A stretch of 64,000 bases of DNA, taken from the human T2T-CHM13v2.0 reference genome, Homo sapiens. Positions within the stretch are counted from its first letter, which is position 1. Each line of letters opens with the position of its first letter. Below the pieces are notes generated by a model that did no database searches, was not told the DNA's origin, and was given only the letters and a program-made list of their open reading frames with translations. The stretch is taken from NCBI RefSeq assembly GCF_009914755.1, contig NC_060927.1; one strand, given 5' to 3'. Of this stretch, positions 55,358 through 64,000 are shown one piece after another. Position numbers and translations under genes: made by a program.

Positions 55358-56639
55358 TTACATTATTAATAATTATGATTATGACTTTATTAAGTAACTG
55401 TGGAATTGGCCATTCATACCGTTCAGGTGAGAAGAAGCCTTCAAAAAAAATGATGAAAATAAAGACTTTTTTGTGTGATTTTTGGTTTTGTTTCCTTGTT
55501 TTGCAGCCGGGGAGGCCCAGGTTGAAGGCAGAGCACAATCACGTAATTGTCTCAAGAGCTCTGGAGTTGCTTGAGTGTGTTTCGTAGTCTCTTTCAGGTT
55601 TCATTTTGAGTGCAGAACAAGGAGATTCCATCCAAAGAAGAGACATTTTGGGACAGTTTAAGGCCAGGAGCAGTTCAAAAAGGATAACGTCAAATGTTGT
55701 TCTTGCCTCAACTATTCGCACGGTTCCTGTATCAAAGACCGAAGCTGTCATCACATTTACACATCTGTACTGGTTTAGAAGTGTAAACTCCTAAAATTAG
55801 AAGTTTGATTTCAAGCAATCAATTGTCTTAATATATAGCCATCAGTTTCTAGCCAGAAGACGGGCTGAATTCAACTTAATTTTTATAAAGCCCAGTTTCC
55901 ATGCTTGGCATACAACCTCTAGGCAGGGTCCAGGTCTCAGCTCAGTACTTGCTCTCCTCTGAGGGGAGCCCATCAGCATGTCCCTGCTCTCTCTGGATAC
56001 TTGTTCCATTTTAAATAAACACCCCTCTACATGCAGCCCCTCTGTGAACCCCTCATTTCCCGGTTTGCTTTTCTTTTGAGCCTGGCGGGTGGATGATGAC
56101 GCTGAGTGCGGGTGGCCAGGGAGCATGTGTACCATGGGGTAGCGAGTGTGCTTCTGCTGGGCATTCTCTGCTTCCCTATACCCTTGCCAAGCCATTGCTC
56201 CTGCTTCCTGAGATAAAATCTGTCCTTGGTGCCATCCAGCACTCTCACTCTTTCGATTCCTGGTCCTCTCCTGACTTCTCCGCTTAAGCTTGCCTCCCCC
56301 CGGCTCCAACCCTTCCTCCTTTCTCAGGGTCTGTGCTCCAGATGCTATCCTCGTTCTCTTCATCAAGGATGTGGCCCACAAAGCATGTGCTATGCCTAAA
56401 TCTCCAACCTCCCTTACTTTTTTGACTTTTCCCCCTCAGCATATGAGCACATTTATTTCTTTACAATCCTTAAGAACCACCCTGCGGCCTCTCTCTTCCC
56501 ATCTCACAGAGAATGCCTGGATTTTGCTCATGGCCCACACTGCCTGACGACCCTCTCCTCCCCACGCTTGCAGCCAGCCTCGCTCGGGGCCCTGCACTCT
56601 GCCGACAGGCTCTAGCCTGGACGACTCAGGGAACAAACC

Positions 56640-57250
56640 AAATGGTCATTTTTCTGTCCTTTCCTCTGTCAGCATTACAACATTTGTAAAGTGTTGACCA
56701 TGTTCAAACTCCATCCTTGAAATTCCCTCCTTCCTAACCCCCTGAAGCATCTCTTTCTTCTGAGTTCTTCCAACCTTTCTGGTAATTTCTCAGTACCCCT
56801 ATGGGATTGTCTCCTTTTACCTTCTACCAGTAACTTTGTTCTCTTGTCACTCGGCCACCCATAGTAGTGATGAGCATCTACATGCCCAGAGGAGACTACC
56901 CAATCTGGCATTTTCAACCCGTAATTCTTTCCTGAGCTCTCAAGCCATGGACTCAGCTGCGCACAGGACATCTCCACATACATGGAAGTCAGCATGTCTC
57001 AAACTCGATTCCATGAGCCCGGCTGTCATCCCTACAGAATGCCCCTACCCTTATTTTCCTAGGCTCAGTGCGTCTTGTTCACACTCACCCTGTATCTCAT
57101 CCCTGCATCTGTCTTATGAATCTCAACCCCATTTCATTGCCTTGGTACAGAAATTTCAAGCTTTTTACTTTCATCTTCCCGAGACTGATCTCCTCAACTC
57201 TGGTCCTGCCTCCCTGCAATCCGCTGGCCATGATCCAGTCCAAACAACCC
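56640..57250 (+). mobile_element. L2 LINE fragment
   Basis: AAATGGTCATTTTTCTGTCC...CTCTGTCAGCATT...GTTGACCA...GGACATCTCCAC...CAGCATGTCTCAAACT, typical degenerate L2 ORF2-region pattern. Confidence 0.55.
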
Positions 57251-57605
57251 TGTCTCTGTTAGAAGATGACCCAGGGCTTCCTGCTGCCTTCACGACTGCA
57301 GAAACTGGCATGCTTTGCTCCCGGCCTACTCAGCTGCCTCATTCCCTGCAAGCAGGCCTCATCCCCCACCTCCTTCTACCCATGCACAAAGCTGCCTCAG
57401 TGCCCAAGCCTGCCACGCTCTCTGGTTTCTGTCGCTTTGCAGTCTTTGTGCCTATGCTGGAAGTTTCCCTCCCCCGCATCTCTACCCAGACACCTCCTAC
57501 TTCACAAGTCCTTCGAGACTTGGCTGGGTCTGCTTTGGGAAGCCCACCCTGCCCAGTCCCCTGCTCTGACCCTTCCCCACCCCTCCCGCCCTCTCCCTGG
57601 GACAT

Positions 57606-57723
57606 GTTTGTTTGTTTGTTTGTTTTTTGAGATGGAGTCTTGCTCTGTCACCCAGACTCTCCTGCCTCAGCCTCCTGAATAGCTGAGATTACAGACATGC
57701 ACCACCATGCCTGGCTAATTTTT

Positions 57724-57767
<44 letters not shown>

Positions 57768-57898
57768 TTGAGTAGAGACAGGATTTCAACATGCTGGCCA
57801 GCCTGGTCTCAAATTCTCAAATTCCTGGCCTTAGGTGATCTGCCGTCCTCGGCCTCCCAAAGTGCTGGGATTACAGGCGTGAGCCACCGTGCCCGGCC
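57606..57898 (-). mobile_element. Alu with internal deletion and (TTA)n linker
   Basis: GTCACCCAG joins directly to ACTCTCCTGCCTC (about 60 nt missing); TSD TCCCTGGGACAT. Confidence 0.9.
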
Positions 57899-58543
57899 TC
57901 CCTGGGACATTTAACACAGCGCTGCTGACATTGGACTGTAGTGTTGGTTTATCTGTCTCCGCAGCTTAGGCTATGCATGTTTTAGAGGCAAAAATGATGT
58001 ATTTTTCTGTACCCCCGGCACCTGGCACAGTGGCTGGCATACAGAAATCATTCAGGAAGCTGTATACTACCAGTGTAGTAAGAACGGTTGATACTTGGAG
58101 GTTCACAAAATGCTTCCACAAACACCATTTCGTTTGATCCTGAAAGCAATCCAGACAGGTAAGTACGGCTGGTGTTGTTATCCTTATATCAAATGTGGAT
58201 ATTTAGGCTCGCAAAGTGCAGGTGAACTGGCCAAGGTGACAGCTAGGAGGTGACAGAGGTGGAGTCTCTGGAACGCGCATCTTCTGGCCATGAGCGCCAT
58301 ACTTAAGCTAGTCTCTATGGCTGCACGAGCATCCCTTTCCTGCCACCTGCCAGAGGAAATAAACCTAGTTTTGATCTCTGTGATTCATGCATTTTTGCTA
58401 CACATGTAACCAGAACCAATTTGCTGGAAATCTGTACTCTTCCCTGCTTTGCTGGTGTAAAACATGTATAACTAAAGTCTCTTAAGGAGTGGGGGCTGCA
58501 GGTAACATTCTCCTGTCTCTCAAATGGTACAGAATTAATGTAA

Positions 58544-58903
<360 letters not shown>

Positions 58904-59602
58904 TGAATTGCCAGGTATTTTTCAGAATCAAAAATTCTGTGCAGAGAATGGGAAAATAAATCCTAAACTTTCAGGAGGAAGAAAAGTATCCAATTTTGAA
59001 GATCGTATTGTGAGCCTGGTTTGAAAAAGACTTGTCTGTTATAGGTGAATGAGTCATAATGTGACCCAGAGAAACCCGTAACTAAAAGCATATAAGGGTG
59101 TAACAAGCGAAGTCCAAATCACCGGCTGGGACTGAAGGCACACCAGGAAAGCCAAAACACAGTGTGGCTGTTTGTCACAAGATCAATACAATCTCTGTAA
59201 GCAAAGTGTTCTCCACCCACAAAGCAGTTGCTGACTTTCCAGATAAAATTTTTTTGGCTTTTTCTGCCTATCTGTGACTCCTGGTGTTTTGCATTCCAGT
59301 TTTGCGATACAGCAAAATACATATTACCTGAGGGGTTTACACCTTCTTCAGGTCACCTGCAGCCAGGATGCGGTGCCTGACGAGAAGTGTGCCCTGTGCT
59401 GCTGTGGGCCACTGGCCCACAAAACACTTCCCAGTGGGGCTGACTAGTCATTCATGCAGGGGATTAATGCAGCTTCTGCTCTGTTCCAGGCACCATTCCA
59501 GGTGCCAGAGTTTCAACAACAAACAAGACAGGCAAAGCGCTGGCTCTCAAGAAGTTCACATTCCACCATTGGGAAGAAAACAAATAAATAAAGGAGAGGA
59601 TG

Positions 59603-59897
59603 GGCCAGGTGCAGTGGTTCATGCCTATAATCCCAGCACTTTGGGAGGCTGAGGCAGGAGGATTGCTTAAGGCTAGGAGTTCAAGATCAGCCTGGGCAAC
59701 AGAGTGAGACACTATCTCTTAAAAAAAAAAAAATTAGCTGGTCACAGTAGCACACACCTGTAGTCCCAGCCACTCAGAAGGCTGAGGTAGGAGGGTCACT
59801 TGAGCCCAGGAATGAGGCTGCAGTGAGCTATGATTGCGCCACTGCACTCCAGCCTAGGCAACAGAGTGAGACCCGGTCTCAAAAAAAAAAAAAAAAC

Positions 59898-59932
<35 letters not shown>
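59603..59932 (+). mobile_element. Alu (J-type) with (CA)n tail microsatellite
   Basis: Forward Alu; A tail grades into a (CA)n run. Confidence 0.93.
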
Positions 59933-59938
<6 letters not shown>

Positions 59939-60274
59939 AGGGAATGTAAATTCATGGGAAATACTGTGAAGAAACAAAATAGGATGTTGTGGTGGAAGGG
60001 GTCAGGGGTGGGGTCTAATTGAGAATGGACAGAGAAGGAAAGGCTTACTGAGGAGGTAACTCCTGAAGCCAGGAAAGCCAGTAAAACACAGCGAGTCTAA
60101 CAAAATGCCCAACCTGATTTTGAAGAACTAGTTGATGATGGTGGAAAATGTCACCTCCGGCCAGCCTGGGCAATGTTCATAAATGGCTAGTGCTCAGGAC
60201 CACAACTTGGAGCAAGGTCATTTGCTGCTGTTTTTATGATCACACAACTACTAAAAACCTGTCTACAGTCTGCA

Positions 60275-60627
<353 letters not shown>

Positions 60628-60948
60628 TCAGAGACAGCGAACTTAATCTCTTTGTTTGCCACATGAAGAAATGGTTATGGCCCTGGTTGGCTTTGCATCC
60701 ACGTGTTCATTCCATAGACATCCTCTGAGTTCTTGCCTTGTGCACATGGTGGGCAGGGAACCACAGGGGATACAGAAATAAACAAAATTCGAAAGGCCTT
60801 CAAGGACATCACAGTCTAGCAGGGAACACATTATCTAAGCCACATAGGAGGAAAAAAGTGCTGAAAGCAGTCATCCCCAGACCCCACCCAGAACTAGCAA
60901 GGGGCAAGCCAGAACTAGAACCCTGGACTCCAGACTTCTCATCTGGGA

Positions 60949-60949
60949 T

Positions 60950-61005
<56 letters not shown>

Positions 61006-61212
61006 TTTCTTTCTTTCTTTCTTTCTTTTCTTCTTTCTTTCTTTTCTTTCTTTCTCTCTCTCTCTTTCTTCTTTCTTTCTTTTCTTTCTTTCTTTTCTTT
61101 CTTTCTTTCTTTTCTTTCTTTCTTTCTTTTTCTTTCTTCTTTCTTTCTTTCTTTTCTTTCTTTCTTTCCCTCCCTCCCTCCCTCCTTCCTTCCTTCCTTT
61201 CTTTCTTTTTTT
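60949..61212. repeat. (TTTC)n / pyrimidine microsatellite
   Basis: ~260 bp of pure C/T on the + strand. Confidence 0.95.
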
Positions 61213-61593
61213 CAAATCTCTCAGCTTTGTATTTTCTGTTACTTCCACCTAGAAAATCTCCCTATGTCCCCAGGCCATCCTCACCAGTCCATTTGGCTAA
61301 TACTTAGCTTTCAGGTCTCAAATTAGATGGCTGCCTCTGAAACCTTGCGTGAGCCTCCTCTCCGTGAATTTCCTTCTGCTGTGCCCTCACTATGTGCTGT
61401 GCTGCAGTCAACATTGCCCAATAAGACCCCTCATCACATGGGCCTATGAGCTGTCCTTCAGGGTCACACTGCAACCTCAGGACCTGCCACAAGGCCTGCC
61501 GCACAGTAAGGGCTCAATAAAGTTCTGTTAACCAAGTAGGCAGATAGACAACTGTACTGAGCACGCTGCCGCCACTCTCACCGCAATGCAATC

Positions 61594-61629
<36 letters not shown>

Positions 61630-61937
61630 GAGATGGAGTCTCACTCTGTCACCAGGCTGGAGTGCAGTGACATGATCTCAGCTCACTGCAACCTCTGCCT
61701 CTGGGCTCAGCTCACTGCAGCCTCCGCTTCCGGGGTTCAAGCAATTCTCCTGCCTCAGCCTCCTGAGTAGCTGGGATTACAGGTGCGTGCCACCACACCC
61801 AGCTAATTTTTGTAATTTTAGTAGAGACAGGGTTTCACCATGTTGGTCAGGCTGGTCTCGAACTCCTGACCTCATGATCTGCCCGCCTCGGCCTTCCAAA
61901 GTGCTGGGATTACAGGTGTGAGCCACTGCACCCTGCC
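61594..61937 (-). mobile_element. Alu (S-type) with 29-bp internal duplication
   Basis: Reverse Alu; CTCAGCTCACTGCA... unit repeated at 61677 and 61706. Confidence 0.93.
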
Positions 61938-62829
61938 TCTTCTTTTCTTCTTTCTCACCTCCCTGCCTCCTTTTCCCACATCCTGGCACCTCCTCAGATC
62001 CCCGTGTACCTACTTGCCTCACCAGGGCTCCACCCAGACCTCCCTCCGAGGAACTACTGGGAGACCATTCACACTGCACTTATCTACCTCCGAGTGCCAG
62101 GCGTCCGGGCTGAAGAGCAACAGGACACCCAAGAAATGCCCTGACCCAGACTGTTTCTCTCTAACTGGATCCCTTTGCAGAGGACTGGGAAGCCATCTCT
62201 CCTACCCTCAGCACAGATCAGCCCCACAAAGCCATGGCTTCTTAGCGGCTTCCCAAGTCCCCTCACAGGACCCACTCACAGATAAGACTGGGAGGGAATA
62301 CCTGGCTGTGTTAGGGAAAGAGAATATGGGTGATTTTTTTCCCTTTTCTTCATTTTCCAAACAACTCCGTGAAGTACTTATGCTACTTTTATATCCAAAA
62401 TGTTTACATTTTTTAAAATGAGTCTTTGACAACAGCTTGGAGAACATGCTTTCCTCTTCTGAATGCCAGTCATACTGCTAGTCGGTGCGGTTCAGCCCAG
62501 CACGTAATTACCCTCTTCCTAAGTCCTGAGTATTGTTGTTGGGTCTCTCATGGCTAGACTGTCACACGGAGACAATTCGCGCCGCTTTACTCTGGGTTTC
62601 TCTACTAGGATCATCCCAGGGTCTGCCTGGCTTGTTGTGGCTGCTCATAACTTATTGTTTGGCTTTTTTGCTCAGGCCTCAGGTTTTGAGACAGCCCAGG
62701 GCTTCCAGTTGAGGGCTGAGGAAAAGGCTCTCCTCCTTCTCCGCCCTGCCTGAGCTCTGGTTCCATTCTCTTCCCTGAACTTGATGACTGACAACTATTT
62801 CAGTCTCTGAACTCAGCTCTCTGGTGGAT

Positions 62830-63869
62830 TAAGGTGGGAGGCAAATTTGTTGTCACACTCCCAGTCAAGAGGTGGAGTTTTTCTCCTCCCCTCGATTCTG
62901 GCCTGGCCCTGTGACTGCTTTAATGAATAGAAGGTGCAGAAGTCATACTGGGCCAGTTCCAGGTATAAGCTTTAGGAAGACCTGGGAGATTTTGCTTTTG
63001 CACATTGGAGAGCCCTGAGCCACCATCTAAGAAGTCAGCTACACTTCTGGATAGACCATGTGGAGCAGCCACATGGAGAGAGAGAGGCCTGGCCATCCCA
63101 GCATCATGGCTGATCCCAGCATCATGGCTGAGCCCAGCCTGCCGGCCATCACTGCCAAGGCACCAGACATGAGGAAGCCATCTTTGGTGTTGCAGCTGGT
63201 GGAGTCCCAGGATGACTACAGCACAGCCAATGCCATGTGGAGCAGAAGAGTCGCCCAGCTGAGCCCACTCAGCCCTCAGCATGATGAAAGATAATACAAT
63301 GTTGTTGTTTTAAGCCTACCAAAGCTGGCTCCCGACTATCACCAACACAACCTATCGGTGAGACAAAGCTGATCTCATTGCTTATTGCGGTAAGGGAGAA
63401 CGCCACCTGGCAAAGCTTTGGCAGTGCTTCCAATGGGGAAAGGAAGGTCAGAATGCACTGATAATTGGGAGCTTGGTTTAAGGCAGTCCTTCATTATGGG
63501 GACTTGATCAGGACCGGGCAAGAATCACTATGCAACACTCCAAAATTGGTGGAAACAGCAAAGTAAGGATTTCAAGATGAAGGAGTCACAGAATCTTAGG
63601 GCACAAATTGTCTGTGGATGTTTTCCATGGAATGGTTGATGGAAAGTTTCTTTAATGAACAATCAAACCACTTACCTGGCCAGGAGACATCTGGAAAAAT
63701 CAAGTCATACTAATGAAGACAGAGAAACAGCACAAAGTCATGTTACTATAGGCTGTAGGATATGGTTTAGGTTTCCCGGGTCCAGGCAGAGCATGGAGCT
63801 AGCTGGTTTTTGTTCTCAAGCCACTAAGTTTTGGAATGCTTTGTCACACAGCAATTAATAATCAAGACA
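62830..63869 (+). mobile_element. MLT1 (G/H-like) MaLR LTR split by a nested element
   Basis: TCAAGAGGTGGAGT...TGTGACTGCTTT...GTTGTTGTTTTAAGCC resumes as AGCCACTAAGTTTTGG...TTTGTCACACAGCAAT after a ~500-bp insert. Confidence 0.7.
63317..63818. mobile_element. Probable solo ERV LTR nested in MLT1
   Basis: 502-bp insert ending in CA, flanked by 4-bp duplication AGCC (63313-16 / 63819-22); family not recognised. Confidence 0.55.
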
Positions 63870-64000
63870 TTTCTCTAACCCTTCACTTCTCAATATTTCT
63901 GTATTTCTCAATCCGTTCATTCTTCAAATACTTGCTGTATACCTACTATGTGCCAGGCACTGTGCTAGGCTGGTGATACAAAAGAGAGTAAGATAGACCA

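Noticed and set aside
56836-57630. 264-aa ORF
   Set aside because: Non-ATG start, lies over degenerate L2-like C/T-rich sequence and ends at an Alu tail; no recognisable domain.
60738-61307. 189-aa Phe/Ser/Leu and 125-aa Lys/Glu/Arg ORFs
   Set aside because: Translations of the (TTTC)n microsatellite.

Overview
Primate (almost certainly human) genomic DNA containing one protein-coding gene, HES1 (Notch-target bHLH-Orange-WRPW repressor, human 3q29). It lies on the + strand with 4 coding exons (45052-45159, 45288-45383, 45632-45719, 46354-46904; 843 nt = 280 aa + stop). Its classic promoter is visible: TATA box, paired head-to-head RBPJ sites 16 bp apart, N-boxes and CCAAT boxes. GC/CpG-rich islands flank it upstream (~42.7-43.9 kb) and downstream (~49.5-50.6 kb). 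The rest is non-coding: about 28 Alu/FLAM copies, THE1/MLT1 and other LTRs, L1/L2/MIR and MER DNA-transposon relics, microsatellites, a full-length 7SL retropseudogene, and several motif-dense candidate enhancers. I see no convincing new gene system, and all other ORFs look like repeat or GC artefacts. The most notable fine structure is a perfect 14-bp inverted repeat in the promoter that puts an N-box in a loop between two inverted CCAAT boxes. Also of note are open intron frames that could yield altered HES1 proteins, a twin-primed inverted L1 whose TSD encloses a microsatellite, nested insertions, and a ~100-bp palindrome at 24.4 kb. Repeat subfamily calls are from recalled consensus similarity and their boundaries are approximate.
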